Shown here piece after piece: positions 16,708 to 27,064 of a stretch of 32,000 nucleotides of DNA. The notes beneath the pieces are model-generated. The model was not told the DNA's origin. It did no database searches and saw nothing but the letters and a program-made list of their open reading frames with translations. Position 1 is the first letter of the stretch. The number at the start of each line of letters is the position of its first letter. Source of the DNA: Cylindrospermopsis raciborskii Cr2010 (GTDB taxonomy: Bacteria > Cyanobacteriota > Cyanobacteriia > Cyanobacteriales > Nostocaceae). The position numbers were made by a program, and so were the translations under genes. Location: NCBI RefSeq assembly GCF_003367075.2, contig NZ_CP065936.1:1530001-1562000 (forward strand), read 5' to 3'.

Positions 16708-18907
16708 CCCACATTCCGCACCCTCAACTATCGGGGAGGGAAATTACTGAGATAAAAATCAAAGTTAGCATAAAAATAAACATAGAGAGTGAAAAAAGCA
16801 TTCGAGAAACAGTAAATCAGCAAAAATGTCATCAAAATCTATTCTCAATAAGCAGCAATAAGAATTCACATTACCCAGAGAGGTGAACAAATAAATAAAA
16901 TTAAGATATTCAAGGTAAAATCATAAAATAGACTAATTTTTCCAGGGTAAAAACAAGATTATAGACATAGCAAAATGGAGCTGTAAATCAAATAGCTCAT
17001 TTAAACATGATAAATTAAATTGATAGAGACAATAATTAAGTTACTAATCGATAGTAACGTAAACAATCATTTGGCAAAAGATTCAAGATAAAATCTCTAT
17101 CTTTAGTCCAATTAGAGACTTGTTTTTCATTGTTATATTCAACTAAATGAATACCCTGAAAGCATTGAAAAATCCAGCGTAAAGTAGGGCGGTTAGTTAG
17201 TTTACCTAATTGGTCTTTAATTGTTGATTTAGACTCTCTGAGTGCGGCTCTAATTTCACGTTGAGCCAAAGTATAAACCAGTAAACATAAACCCATAATC
17301 ATCCCCATTGACTCTATTCTTTTAGGACTTTTGAGGAAAATACTGTCTGCAAAAAATAATGGGTCTTTGAGAAAACGAAACCCTCTTTCACAACACTGCT
17401 GGGCTTTATATTCACTGAGCATGGAATCATTGCTCAGTTCCTTTGAATCCAAAACATTAGTAGCAATAATAAAACGTCCCGCACTCAGGGATTCTCTATT
17501 AATTTTACGTTCATCTTCCGAGACTTTTGCTAATATTTGATAGGATGTTTCTCCTGAACTATCTTTTTTATTAGATTTGACTTGAGTAACTGTACTCTCG
17601 TTAATTTTATGATATTTGAACTGTTTTGATAATTTTGATAATGCCTTGATAGCATCTGCTTCACAAGCAAATTCTTCTTGTGATAATTTTCTCAAATCTT
17701 GCACGGCTTTTGATTCTGATTTGATAATTTTTTGGGTGAGCTTACGCAAGTCTGATTCTCTCCTCTCTTGACTTTGCACTACTAACCATCTTTGTTCTAT
17801 TCCGGCATAATTTTCTATTTTTGATGCTAGTTTATATCCTGGTATTGTACTATCAATAAATTCTGATTCTGGTATTGTTAAGATTAATGATTTTGCCGCT
17901 TTTATACTTACTGGTACTCGACACAGCCAAGATAATTCTGACATCATTTTCAGGTTTGATTCTGTATATAAAGCCGAATCAGCCACCATAAGACTATTAA
18001 CTTCTAATTGTTTTTGATATTCTACTGCTATTTGACCAAAACATGATGAATCTACTTGGTTGCCCGATGCTAGTTTTAAAAATATTGGCATGTCTCCATC
18101 TCCCGAACATATCATTTCTATAATGAATTGTTTTAAGTCTGGACGATGGTCACGAGAATAACCATAACTAATAGTTATTTCTTTTGGTAATTTCGCTGTC
18201 ATTTCCTCTAATTCTTGGTTATCTCCTATTTTTTGACTCTCAAATATTACTTCTTGTAAGCTAGTGTTATACTTCCCATGTACGTGCATTGATGATGAGT
18301 CTAGATGTGATGTTGATAGTGATACTCCAAATTTTTGGGCAGCTTTTACTGCGATGATAAAAAAGATTGTACTCAATCCTTTTTCAAACATCTTATCCAT
18401 GACTCTCCCCAGTTTATCATCGTTGAGATATTCTGGTTTTACTCCTGCTCCTATTAGATGTTCACAGGCTATTGTTTCAAAATATTCAGGAAACATATAT
18501 AACGGTTTTGAGACAAATCCTAACCCGTTTATTATCATGGCTTTTACTACTTGACCTGCATTTACTTTTTCGTCTTTTTCGACTCCTATCAATTCATTTA
18601 TTATTTCCACTATTCCGATTGAATCTATTATTCCTGCTACTATCCCTAGATGGTCTATATTCTGAATTTCTATTTCTTCACTTTTTAATTTCACAACAGT
18701 TTCCTCTACTATTTCTGTTGCAATCAATTATTTCTTATTTGGTTATCAATTCTCTTTTTTGTTACCAAACTTTACTTTCTCACACCATGTCTCTATTAAT
18801 GCTATTTATTCTCATTAAGCCCTTTAATCCCTGAATTAATTTTAGTTATTATGTACTACATTAGGATCCTCTTTGATCTGTCACAGCTTAGGGTGCGGAA
18901 TGTGGGA
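16708..18907 (-). mobile_element. Complete insertion sequence, IS1634-type (DUF4277 transposase), 2200 bp
   Basis: 17-bp perfect terminal inverted repeats CCCACATTCCGCACCCT (16708..16724) and AGGGTGCGGAATGTGGG (18891..18907), flanked by 6-bp direct duplications ATATAA (16702..16707 and 18908..18913), with one long transposase ORF. Confidence 0.95.
17036..18727 (-). CDS. IS1634-family transposase
   Basis: 563-aa intact ORF; N-terminal IQNIDHLGIVAGIIDSIGIVEIINELIGVEKDEKVNAGQVVKAMIINGLGFVSKPLYMFPEYFE; catalytic-like LDSSSMHVHG; C-terminal LCLLVYTLAQREIR. It lies inside precisely defined IS ends. Confidence 0.93.
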   Translation of the reverse strand: MIATEIVEETVVKLKSEEIEIQNIDHLGIVAGIIDSIGIVEIINELIGVEKDEKVNAGQVVKAMIINGLGFVSKPLYMFPEYFETIACEHLIGAGVKPEYLNDDKLGRVMDKMFEKGLSTIFFIIAVKAAQKFGVSLSTSHLDSSSMHVHGKYNTSLQEVIFESQKIGDNQELEEMTAKLPKEITISYGYSRDHRPDLKQFIIEMICSGDGDMPIFLKLASGNQVDSSCFGQIAVEYQKQLEVNSLMVADSALYTESNLKMMSELSWLCRVPVSIKAAKSLILTIPESEFIDSTIPGYKLASKIENYAGIEQRWLVVQSQERRESDLRKLTQKIIKSESKAVQDLRKLSQEEFACEADAIKALSKLSKQFKYHKINESTVTQVKSNKKDSSGETSYQILAKVSEDERKINRESLSAGRFIIATNVLDSKELSNDSMLSEYKAQQCCERGFRFLKDPLFFADSIFLKSPKRIESMGMIMGLCLLVYTLAQREIRAALRESKSTIKDQLGKLTNRPTLRWIFQCFQGIHLVEYNNEKQVSNWTKDRDFILNLLPNDCLRYYRLVT

Positions 18908-18984
18908 TATAATGGCAGCCTTCACGGAGAAAAAACAGGCCCTACATGATATGCTTGCTGGCACTTTGGTAATTAAACCATAAT
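18908..18984 (+). pseudogene. RDD-family membrane protein, 3' fragment
   Basis: ATA ATG GCA GCC TTC ACG GAG AAA AAA CAG GCC CTA CAT GAT ATG CTT GCT GGC ACT TTG GTA ATT AAA CCA TAA encodes IMAAFTEKKQALHDMLAGTLVIKP*, the typical RDD C-terminus, starting at the right-hand target duplication. Confidence 0.92.
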
Positions 18985-19058
18985 ACCAGGATTAATGGGT
19001 AAAAATTCTAGCTCGCCTCCGCATTCTTATGGGTGCTAATCCCCTACCATAATATTGA

Positions 19059-19087
19059 GCCTCCCTGGTTTTGGAAACCGGGGAGGC
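19059..19087. terminator. Hairpin downstream of pdhA
   Basis: GCCTCCCTGG-(9 nt)-CCGGGGAGGC, a 10-bp stem with one G-T position. It sits 14 nt beyond the pdhA stop on the minus strand but has no obvious U-tract. Confidence 0.4.
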
Positions 19088-19100
19088 ACCTTATTCGCTT

Positions 19101-20138
19101 TTACTCGTCTTCAGCAAAAATGAAGCGATATAACTCACTAGAGTCAGGTTCAGGACTCTCCTGGGCAAAACGGACTGCATCCTCAATTAAACTCTGTATT
19201 TTCTTCTCAATCTGTTTTAAATCTGATTCTACCGCTAAATTATGCTCCACTAAATAAGCACCTAACTTTTTAATGGGATCGCGAGAAAACCAAAACTCCT
19301 TTTCTTCTTTACTACGCAATTCATCAGGATCAGCTAGGGAGTGACCACGGAAACGATAGGTAAGGGCCTCAATTAAAGTTGGTCCTTCCCCCGCACGGGC
19401 TCTAGCTACTGCTTCTTGGGCAACTTGACGCACTGCTAAAACATCCATACCATCTACTTCTACTCCTACCATGTTAAACACACTGGCTTTTTTGTAAATT
19501 TCTGGATCCGAGGTTGCTCGTTCGTGCGCCATACCAATTGCCCACTTGTTATTTTCTACTACAAACAGAATTGGTAGTTTCCACAGTGCTGCCATATTTA
19601 GGGTCTCGAAAAATTGACCGTTGTTTGCAGCTCCATCACCAAAAAAACAAGCGGTTACTTGATCTGATCTTTCATCTCCTAATACTTCTCGACGGTACTT
19701 ACTTTGAAAGGCTGCTCCAGATGCTACCGGAATACCTTCCGCCACAAAAGCATAACCACCCAATAACCGATGTTCAGCAGAAAACATGTGCATGGAACCA
19801 CCACGCCCTTTGCTACATCCTGTGGCCTTACCAAACAATTCCGCCATTACTTCCCTAGCTGGCACACCTGCGCTCAAAGCATGTACGTGATCACGATAGG
19901 TACTGGAAACAAAGTCCTCACCAGGACGCATTGCACCCCTGATTATACCACTGGAAACTGCTTCCTGTCCATTATATAAATGGACAAACCCAAACATTTT
20001 TCCCCGATAGTACATTTCGGCGCATTTATCTTCAAAATAGCGTCCTAGTACCATATCCTCGTATAGTCCCAGCCCCTCTTCTCTAGTGATTTGGACTGTA
20101 GCGGTGTCAAATTTGGGTAACGTGCGTTCTTGAACCAT
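19101..20138 (-). CDS. pdhA: Pyruvate dehydrogenase E1 component alpha subunit
   Basis: 345 aa; [42 protein letters not shown]-like [62 protein letters not shown]. Confidence 0.96.
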   Translation of the reverse strand: MVQERTLPKFDTATVQITREEGLGLYEDMVLGRYFEDKCAEMYYRGKMFGFVHLYNGQEAVSSGIIRGAMRPGEDFVSSTYRDHVHALSAGVPAREVMAELFGKATGCSKGRGGSMHMFSAEHRLLGGYAFVAEGIPVASGAAFQSKYRREVLGDERSDQVTACFFGDGAANNGQFFETLNMAALWKLPILFVVENNKWAIGMAHERATSDPEIYKKASVFNMVGVEVDGMDVLAVRQVAQEAVARARAGEGPTLIEALTYRFRGHSLADPDELRSKEEKEFWFSRDPIKKLGAYLVEHNLAVESDLKQIEKKIQSLIEDAVRFAQESPEPDSSELYRFIFAEDE

Positions 20139-20267
20139 TATTGTAAATTGTTCCTATCGTAAAAGATAATCTGCTATAAAACAGATGGTTGGTGAATTTT
20201 CCACTGACTCCTATTATATTGGCTGTATTACAGGAAAACTAACTAATAAATCACAAGAACATCACTT

Positions 20268-21293
20268 ATGCAATTACTAGCTGGAGATATAGGTGGTACT
20301 GGAACTCGACTCAGATTAGTGGAGTTTTCCCCATCCCTGGGTTTACGCACCTTATATGAGGACAATTATCGTAGTGGAGATTTTGATGATTTAGTACCAA
20401 TTGTAATTCGCTTTTTAGAGGCGGGACAAACTGCTACAGGAACTATATTTGCCCCGGAAAGAGCCTGTTTTGCGATCGCAGGTCCTGTGGTAAACAATAA
20501 GGTGAAGTTAACTAATCTCTCCTGGTTTTTGGAGGGGGAAAGACTGGCACAGGAACTGAATATACCCACAGTGTCTCTGATTAATGATTTTGCAGCTGTG
20601 GGTTATGGCATTTTAGGTTTACAAAGCCAGGATTTAATTACGCTACAAGATGTCCCACCCCAACCCGGTGCACCAATAGGAGTAATTGGAGCGGGGACAG
20701 GTTTAGGAGAAGCATTTTTAATTCAACAAGGTGAAAATTATCAGGTTTTTGCCACAGAGGGTGGTCATGGAGACTTTGCTCCCAGGAATGAATTAGAATT
20801 TAGACTATTACAATATATTCTCAATAAGTATGGGATTGCTCGCTCCTCCATAGAAAGGGTGGTTTCCGGGTTAGGGATAATTTCCATTTACCAGTTCCTC
20901 AGAGATACAACCCAAGAAGCGGAAAACCCAGAAATCGCTCAAGTTGTCAGAAACTGGGAAAACGGTCAGGGAGGATCTGATCCAGGAGCTGCTATTGGCA
21001 CTGCAGCGCTCAATAACAGCGATCGCCTGTCCATAGAAACAATGAGAATATTTGTCAGTTGTTATGGTGCGGAAGCCCACAATTTTGCTTTAAAACTATT
21101 ACCTTATGGAGGATTATATATTTCTGGTGGTATAGCTCCTAGAAATTTACCCCTGATGCAAAATGGCAACTTCCTGAAAAATTTTGTTGAGGGAGGTACC
21201 ATGACCTCCCTACTCCAAAATATCCCCGTACATATAATTGTCAACGAACAGGTAGGATTAATAGGAGCTGCTCTGTTTGCATCCAGACTTTGA
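20268..21293 (+). CDS. glk: Glucokinase
   Basis: 341 aa; LLAGDIGGTGTRLRLVE, FAIAGPVVNNKVKLTNLSW, LINDFAAVGYGI, GVIGAGTGLGEAFL, TEGGHGDFAPRNELE, LYISGGIAPRNL. Confidence 0.94.
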   Translation: MQLLAGDIGGTGTRLRLVEFSPSLGLRTLYEDNYRSGDFDDLVPIVIRFLEAGQTATGTIFAPERACFAIAGPVVNNKVKLTNLSWFLEGERLAQELNIPTVSLINDFAAVGYGILGLQSQDLITLQDVPPQPGAPIGVIGAGTGLGEAFLIQQGENYQVFATEGGHGDFAPRNELEFRLLQYILNKYGIARSSIERVVSGLGIISIYQFLRDTTQEAENPEIAQVVRNWENGQGGSDPGAAIGTAALNNSDRLSIETMRIFVSCYGAEAHNFALKLLPYGGLYISGGIAPRNLPLMQNGNFLKNFVEGGTMTSLLQNIPVHIIVNEQVGLIGAALFASRL

Positions 21294-21374
21294 GGTTATG
21301 GTTTTTCGGGATGGAAGCCAAGGAACTACCGCTGAAGTAAATTCCTTCTCCACCAACCCTGTATGCAGGTTTTA

Positions 21375-22772
21375 TTAATGTTGGGAACCAGTATGTACCG
21401 TCTTAACCCACTTGAGGCGTTTAGGACGTAGTGACACCCTAGCTGTAGTGCTACTCATAACCACTAACCAGTGCAACATATAAATGCTGCCACGAATAGT
21501 TTGTAAAAGTAGCATAAAATAATTAGAGTTTTTCTGATCTTGTCGAGTGCGCTTTAAACCAGAGAACATGCCAATAAAAGACATAGTGACAGATAAACTA
21601 GTAATAGGCGCTAATATAGGAGGACGATGACGAATCAGAGACATAAGTAAATCCGGTACTGCTGCTGTAGGTATAATATACATAATCAGCATAAAAATCA
21701 GTAAATCAACGGTTTTACCTGCTCTCATGCGACCTTTGAGGATGAGATCCCAGTAATCTAAATAACGCTGGTATCCACCCTCAGCCCAACGATTACGTTG
21801 ATGCCAAAGGGCCACCACATTGGTCACACCCTCTTCCAGTACGGGTGGATAGAACATACATTCTATATCCCAACCAGTTAGATTTAAGCGAATGGTTAAA
21901 TCCAAATCATCAGTGATGGTTTCCTCATTCCACCCACCACAACCATTGAGAGCTTCCCGACGCACAAACTGACCATTACCCCGCAATTCACCCAACCCAC
22001 CAATAGCAGTGCGTTGTTGTTGGAACCAGGTGTCAAGAGCCATTTCCGCCATTTGTCCCTTAGTCCAAAAATTTTCCTTAGCATTGGCGATCGCCTTTCT
22101 AACTTGTACAGCACCGACCTTTTCTCGTTGAAAAGTGGGTATAACCTGTAACAATAAATCCGGACTAATTTGGGCATCAGCATCAAATACGGCAATAATT
22201 TCACCTTTAGTCATTGGTAAGACCTGGTTTAGCGCCCCAGATTTTCCACCGGTAGCATTAGCATCTCTACGAAAGACATTGAGTTGTTTGTAATCTTGCT
22301 GTAATTGTGCTAATATCTCAGAAGTTTTGTCTGTGCTGTGGTCATCAATAAGCCACACCTCATATTCGCCATGGGGATATTCCAGACTACAAAGATTGTG
22401 CACCAATCTAGCAATAACTGCCTGTTCGTTTTTAGCTGAGACTAAGACCGATACAGAGGGTAAATCTCCTTGTATTTGCTTATGGTGGTGGCGGGGTCTG
22501 ACAAAAATGATTCTAAGAGCATGAACACCCAAGATAGTGGTCAGACCGAGAATAAAAGCAAAACCCCAGGAAACTAAATGTAAAGCAATAGTTCCCCCCC
22601 AAACCATGGTTAGGACCAGAATGGCCTTAGGTCTGCGTCCTTGAAAGCGGGAGCAAATATCCTTAATCCCATTTTTGGATTTCCCCTGGGCTGAAAGGTC
22701 AGATAGCAGGGAGTCTAGACCATCAGAATTTGCTGTATAGGAGTCCTGATCTGTCCAGGAATTCGCTGGCAT
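21375..22772 (-). CDS. Family 2 (cellulose synthase-like) membrane glycosyltransferase
   Basis: ORF 21375..22901; probable start MPANSWTDQDSY at 22772. Motifs VSVLVSAKNEQAVIARLVHNL, VWLIDDHSTDKT, IIAVFDADAQISPD, QVRKAIANAKEN, GWNEETITDDLDLTIRL, QRNRWAEGGYQRYL, plus transmembrane segments. Confidence 0.88.
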   Translation of the reverse strand: MPANSWTDQDSYTANSDGLDSLLSDLSAQGKSKNGIKDICSRFQGRRPKAILVLTMVWGGTIALHLVSWGFAFILGLTTILGVHALRIIFVRPRHHHKQIQGDLPSVSVLVSAKNEQAVIARLVHNLCSLEYPHGEYEVWLIDDHSTDKTSEILAQLQQDYKQLNVFRRDANATGGKSGALNQVLPMTKGEIIAVFDADAQISPDLLLQVIPTFQREKVGAVQVRKAIANAKENFWTKGQMAEMALDTWFQQQRTAIGGLGELRGNGQFVRREALNGCGGWNEETITDDLDLTIRLNLTGWDIECMFYPPVLEEGVTNVVALWHQRNRWAEGGYQRYLDYWDLILKGRMRAGKTVDLLIFMLIMYIIPTAAVPDLLMSLIRHRPPILAPITSLSVTMSFIGMFSGLKRTRQDQKNSNYFMLLLQTIRGSIYMLHWLVVMSSTTARVSLRPKRLKWVKTVHTGSQH

Positions 22773-22915
22773 AGTTATTTTGCTCGCAACACCGTTATTT
22801 ATGTTAAGTTTACCAAATACTGGAGCAATTAGGGGAGGGATTGAAATTTTTGGCAAAAATGTGTACAGTGTTGGTCTACACCAAAAAGATGTGGCACCCA
22901 TCCAGAGTTTGCATC

Positions 22916-23965
22916 ATGATCAACAAATTAGTCAACACCAACATTAAGAGTTCCCACGTTTTACCAACTCCTAATCAAGTTAAAGAAAAACTACCTTTAA
23001 CTAAATCCGCTGAGCACACGATTTTACAGTATAGAGAAGAACTAGAGAATATTTTAGATTTTCAAGACAGCAGAAAATTTATTGTAGTTGGCCCCTGTTC
23101 TATTCATGATCCAGAAGCTGCTATAGAATATGCAGAAAAGTTAAAACTCCTAGCACATAAAGTCCATGATAAATTGCTATTAATCATGCGGGTTTACTTT
23201 GAAAAGCCCAGAACCACTATTGGATGGAAGGGACTAATTAATGATCCGGACATGGATGATTCGTTCAAAGTAGAAAAGGGAATTTTAATTGCTCGTAGTT
23301 TGCTATTAAAACTAGCAGAATTAGGACTACCCACAGCAACAGAAGCATTAGATCCAATTATTCCGCAATATATTAGCGAACTAGTGAGTTGGTCAGCAAT
23401 TGGAGCAAGAACCACAGAATCACAGACCCACCGAGAAATGGCCAGTGGTCTTTCTATGCCAGTAGGTTTTAAAAATGGCACAGACGGCAATATTAATGTG
23501 GCCTTGAATGCTCTCAAATCTGCCCAAAGCACTCACCATTTTTTAGGTATTAATCAAAAAGGACAGGTCAGTGTATTTGAAACCCGAGGCAATTCCCATG
23601 GTCATGTAATTTTGCGAGGGGGTACTAAACCCAACTATGATCCACAGAATGTGAGATTGGTAGAAGAACAGTTGAAAACAGCAGGTTTACCATCAAGAAT
23701 CGTTATTGATTGTAGTCATGGTAATACCAATAAAGACTATAGATTGCAACCTCGGGTCTTAGAAAGTGCAATTGGGCAAATAGTTGATGGGAATACCTCT
23801 ATTGTGGGTATGATGCTGGAATCAAATTTATATGAAGGTAATCAGCCAATCAACGGTAACCGGGAGGGTTTAAAGTATGGTGTCTCCGTAACTGATCAAT
23901 GTATTAGTTGGGAGGAAACAGAAAAAATTATTTTGGCTGCTCATGCTCAACTCGGAGGAGATTAA
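22916..23965 (+). CDS. 3-deoxy-7-phosphoheptulonate (DAHP) synthase, class I
   Basis: ORF 22841..23965; probable start MINKLVNTNIKSS at 22916. Motifs KFIVVGPCSIHDPEAAIEYAEKL, MRVYFEKPRTTIGWKGLINDPDMD, SWSAIGARTTESQTHREMASGLSMPVGFKNGTDG, HVILRGG, VIDCSHGNTNKDY. Confidence 0.95.
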   Translation: MINKLVNTNIKSSHVLPTPNQVKEKLPLTKSAEHTILQYREELENILDFQDSRKFIVVGPCSIHDPEAAIEYAEKLKLLAHKVHDKLLLIMRVYFEKPRTTIGWKGLINDPDMDDSFKVEKGILIARSLLLKLAELGLPTATEALDPIIPQYISELVSWSAIGARTTESQTHREMASGLSMPVGFKNGTDGNINVALNALKSAQSTHHFLGINQKGQVSVFETRGNSHGHVILRGGTKPNYDPQNVRLVEEQLKTAGLPSRIVIDCSHGNTNKDYRLQPRVLESAIGQIVDGNTSIVGMMLESNLYEGNQPINGNREGLKYGVSVTDQCISWEETEKIILAAHAQLGGD

Positions 23966-24057
23966 CGAATCCTACATTCCTCAAAGCACTAAAAGTTTTT
24001 AATTACCAAAAATATTCCCAAGAATATGCGATTCTGCATAATAATATTGCGATCGCC

Positions 24058-24124
24058 TAAGTAGGGAGGCACAATTATTTGTAGGATGGGTTGAAGTATG
24101 AAACCTATCCTACGTTCATCTTAT
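24058..24124 (+). repeat. Dispersed intergenic palindromic repeat, copy 2 (67 bp)
   Basis: TAAGTAGGGAGGCACAATTATTTGTAGGATGGGTTGAAGTATGAAACCTATCCTACGTTCATCTTAT. Its 35-bp left and 16-bp right flanks are identical to the reverse complement of copy 1. Confidence 0.8.
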
Positions 24125-24157
24125 CTTGCTATAGCTATATCATCACAAGGAGGAAAC

Positions 24158-24412
24158 ATGATAAACGATGCGGGAGTTAGAGTATTTATATCTAGCCTAA
24201 ATACGGATATCAATTGGGCAACAATCTCCACCTGGTTAGTGATTGCTGTTATTTTATCTATGGTTGGTGGTGCCCTGGGGGGAATGATGATTGCAGGTAA
24301 AGATTTAGGTTTTAAATTCGCAGCCATAATTGGCAGTTTGTTCGCACCTGCTGGGGTAATTCCCACTTTGATATTAGGATTACTACTATTAAACTTTCTG
24401 GGTAATTATTAG
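24158..24412 (+). CDS. Small putative membrane protein, unassigned family
   Basis: MINDAGVRVFISSLNTDINWATISTWLVIAVILSMVGGALGGMMIAGKDLGFKFAAIIGSLFAPAGVIPTLILGLLLLNFLGNY. Strong AAGGAGGAAAC ribosome-binding site directly upstream; two predicted transmembrane stretches. Confidence 0.7.
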   Translation: MINDAGVRVFISSLNTDINWATISTWLVIAVILSMVGGALGGMMIAGKDLGFKFAAIIGSLFAPAGVIPTLILGLLLLNFLGNY

Positions 24413-24420
24413 GAGTAAAT

Positions 24421-24645
24421 ATGTTAGAATTAGGGTGGTTTTCGCTCAAACTGTTGTTCAAGGGGAAATTATTTCGCGATCCCCTATACTTTACCCGTCA
24501 AACTATCATTGCTTCCAGTTTCGGTGTGGGATTATTAGTCCTATTAGCACAGACTTCAATTCCCCTATGTATTCCTATTACCATTAGCAGCTTAACTACT
24601 GGTATGATAATGCCTTTTCTGTTAAAAGATTTCCGGATGAAATGA
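24421..24645 (+). CDS. Small putative membrane protein, unassigned family
   Basis: MLELGWFSLKLLFKGKLFRDPLYFTRQTIIASSFGVGLLVLLAQTSIPLCIPITISSLTTGMIMPFLLKDFRMK. RBS TAGGAG overlaps the stop of the preceding ORF, suggesting an operon. Confidence 0.6.
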   Translation: MLELGWFSLKLLFKGKLFRDPLYFTRQTIIASSFGVGLLVLLAQTSIPLCIPITISSLTTGMIMPFLLKDFRMK

Positions 24646-24678
24646 TTTCTGGGGGGATAATAATTCCCCCGGGTAACC

Positions 24679-25635
24679 CTAAGTTTCTATTTCGGTGTAG
24701 GTTTGAACGCTGCTCCTTTCTCTCCACAGAGTTAAAAGGGTACTGGCAATAAAAATGCTAGAATACACACCCGCCCCAAAACCAATAATCAAGGCCAGGG
24801 AAAAATACTTCAATGTTTCTCCACCAAATATAAAAATAGCCACCAATGATAACATGGTAGTTAGAGTGGTATTTATTGACCTACTTAATGTCTGATCCAC
24901 TGCGTCATCAACAATCCTATCAATGGGTATGTGAGGACTGGTTTTTATATTCTCCCTAATCCGGTCATAAATTACAACCGTATCGTTAACAGAAAATCCC
25001 GTAATCGTCAGCAATGCTACGATAAATAAACTATCTACCTCTATACCAAAAACTAAACCAAAAATGGAAAATATGCCCACTGTAATCAAAATATCATGTA
25101 ACAGCGCAATTATGGCAAAAACTGCGTAGTCCCATTGGAATCTCACAGCTAGGTAAATTGTAATCCCAATAAAAGAAACTATTAAAGCAATAATTCCAGA
25201 CCTAAACAGTTCTCTCCCCAGGGTTGGACCTACATCATCAATTTGGTTTTTCTGTGGGTCGAAAACACCAACTTTTTGGCTTAGGGCACTTTGTAATTTA
25301 ACACGCTGATCCGTATCTAAGTTTTTTGTTCTAATGGTGATGCCATTTTGTTCGCCATTATCAGAAATTAACTGTATGCTACTTTCCCCTAAACCTTGTT
25401 CTTTGGCAACTTCTCGCACCACGTTAATATCTATAGGTTGGTTGCAATTACCTGGTTGTTTACAATCCCGGACCAATTGTAACCGTGTACCACCAATGAA
25501 ATCTAATCCGGGACGCAAAGGAGCTTTAATCGTGGGTATTTGCCAAGAAATCACCATGGATATGATCCCACTAATAATAATTACTGATGAAAAAACCCAC
25601 CAGATATTTCGCCATTTGTTAACATGTAATCTCAT
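24679..25635 (-). CDS. secF: Protein translocase subunit SecF
   Basis: 318 aa; [78 protein letters not shown]. Confidence 0.95.
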   Translation of the reverse strand: MRLHVNKWRNIWWVFSSVIIISGIISMVISWQIPTIKAPLRPGLDFIGGTRLQLVRDCKQPGNCNQPIDINVVREVAKEQGLGESSIQLISDNGEQNGITIRTKNLDTDQRVKLQSALSQKVGVFDPQKNQIDDVGPTLGRELFRSGIIALIVSFIGITIYLAVRFQWDYAVFAIIALLHDILITVGIFSIFGLVFGIEVDSLFIVALLTITGFSVNDTVVIYDRIRENIKTSPHIPIDRIVDDAVDQTLSRSINTTLTTMLSLVAIFIFGGETLKYFSLALIIGFGAGVYSSIFIASTLLTLWRERSSVQTYTEIET

Positions 25636-27038
25636 TTAATTATCTCCGTCCTATCTGCTAATTTGGGACAATACAAAGCCGGTTTCCGCCAAGATGGAAA
25701 GGATATGGCTAAAAACATAAGAGTGCGACTACAGGTAATGGCGGTAAACATGCTAACCCCAACCCCCAATGCTAAAGTGAGAGCAAATCCTTTCACCAAT
25801 CCGGAACCTAACCAAAATAAGGCTGCACAAGCAATCCAGGTGGTAACATTGCTATCTAAAATGCTGGAAAATGCTCGGTAAAAACCAGATTCGACAGATC
25901 TATAAAGAGTTTTACCAGATCTTAACTCCTCTCGTGTACGCTCAAAAATTAGTACATTAGCATCTACTGCCATACCAATACTCAGGATAAACCCTGCTAT
26001 ACCGGGTAGGGTAAGGGTAACTCCTAACAAAGAGAATGTGGCCCAGGTTAAAATGGCGTAAATGATTAGGGAGATATCAGCAATTAATCCTGGTAGTCTA
26101 TAGTATAAAACCATAAAGACTAAAACCAGAGCTAACCCTCCAATACCAGCATAGATACTACTTTGAATACTATCTTGACCTAGGGTAGCACCTACTGTCC
26201 TTCTTTCGGCAATTTCCACCGGTACGGGTAAGGCTCCCCCTCTTAACTGCACACCTAGATTATTTGCTTCTTCCGCTTGAAATCTTCCGGTTATAATTGC
26301 TGACCCACCAGTGATGCCAGTGGCTGCAAACTCTACTCCTACACTAGGAGAGCTAATTAACTCATTGTCCAAAAAAATACCAATCCCTCGTCCAGTCCCC
26401 GCCAATTGTTTGGTCAACTCGGCAAATAGGGCCCCACCTTCATTGTCAAAGCGCAGGGCCACGTTCCAATTGTTTCCTTGGGTAGGCTCTCCATAAGCAT
26501 CTTTTAGGTATTTACCTGTTAGGGGTGGATCCGTGCTGGCAAATAACTCCGCGATCGCCTGATAGTTTTTCTTTAATTCCGCTTGATTTGCAGCAATGGC
26601 GTTTTCATCTTTGCCCTTTCTTAAAGTTTCTTGTTTACTTTTTATATCCAGTTGAGATACTCTTAAACTCTGTAATAAAGTTTCCGTATCTGGCTTTTGT
26701 AGACGAAACTCTAATTGTGCTGTACCACCGAGTACCTTTTCTGCTTGTTGTGGGTCATTTACCCCGGGTAACTGGACGAGAATCTTATCTTTGCCCACGG
26801 TTTGAATGATCGGTTCAGAAACTCCTAAACCATTAATTCTCCCTTCTACAACTTTTTTAACTGCTTCCAGCTCCCTGTCTGTAATCTCTTTGATTTGCTC
26901 TGTTGGTTTCACCTGAATTGTTAACTGAGAACCCCCTTGCAGGTCTAATCCCAAGGGCACTGGAATTTTAACAATTACTGCTATTGCTGCAATAAGTAAA
27001 ATTATGATTAAGGCTAATACGGATCTGTATTTTTGCAT
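25632..27038 (-). CDS. secD: Protein translocase subunit SecD
   Basis: 468 aa; [94 protein letters not shown]. 4-nt overlap (ATGA) with secF. Confidence 0.96.
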   Translation of the reverse strand: MQKYRSVLALIIILLIAAIAVIVKIPVPLGLDLQGGSQLTIQVKPTEQIKEITDRELEAVKKVVEGRINGLGVSEPIIQTVGKDKILVQLPGVNDPQQAEKVLGGTAQLEFRLQKPDTETLLQSLRVSQLDIKSKQETLRKGKDENAIAANQAELKKNYQAIAELFASTDPPLTGKYLKDAYGEPTQGNNWNVALRFDNEGGALFAELTKQLAGTGRGIGIFLDNELISSPSVGVEFAATGITGGSAIITGRFQAEEANNLGVQLRGGALPVPVEIAERRTVGATLGQDSIQSSIYAGIGGLALVLVFMVLYYRLPGLIADISLIIYAILTWATFSLLGVTLTLPGIAGFILSIGMAVDANVLIFERTREELRSGKTLYRSVESGFYRAFSSILDSNVTTWIACAALFWLGSGLVKGFALTLALGVGVSMFTAITCSRTLMFLAISFPSWRKPALYCPKLADRTEIIK

Positions 27039-27064
27039 AGGGATCTAAAATTAATTTACATTAA

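Noticed and set aside
18264-18834. Plus-strand 96- and 120-aa ORFs over the transposase start
   Set aside because: Leu/Phe-rich reverse-strand translations of the transposase N-terminal and upstream region; likely non-coding.
21896-22204. Minus-strand 102-aa ORF in the glycosyltransferase
   Set aside because: Overlaps the GT2 coding frame on the same strand, which has clear motifs.
22841-22915. N-terminal extension MKFLAKMCTVLVYTKKMWHPSRVCI of the DAHP synthase ORF
   Set aside because: It overlaps the extended 5' end of the divergent glycosyltransferase ORF. The MINKLVNT start at 22916 gives a normal DAHP synthase N-terminus.
24652-24670. Short hairpin GGGGGA-TAATAAT-TCCCCC between the small membrane gene and secF
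   Set aside because: Only a 6-bp stem with no U-tract. It could be a weak bidirectional terminator but is not supportable as a feature.
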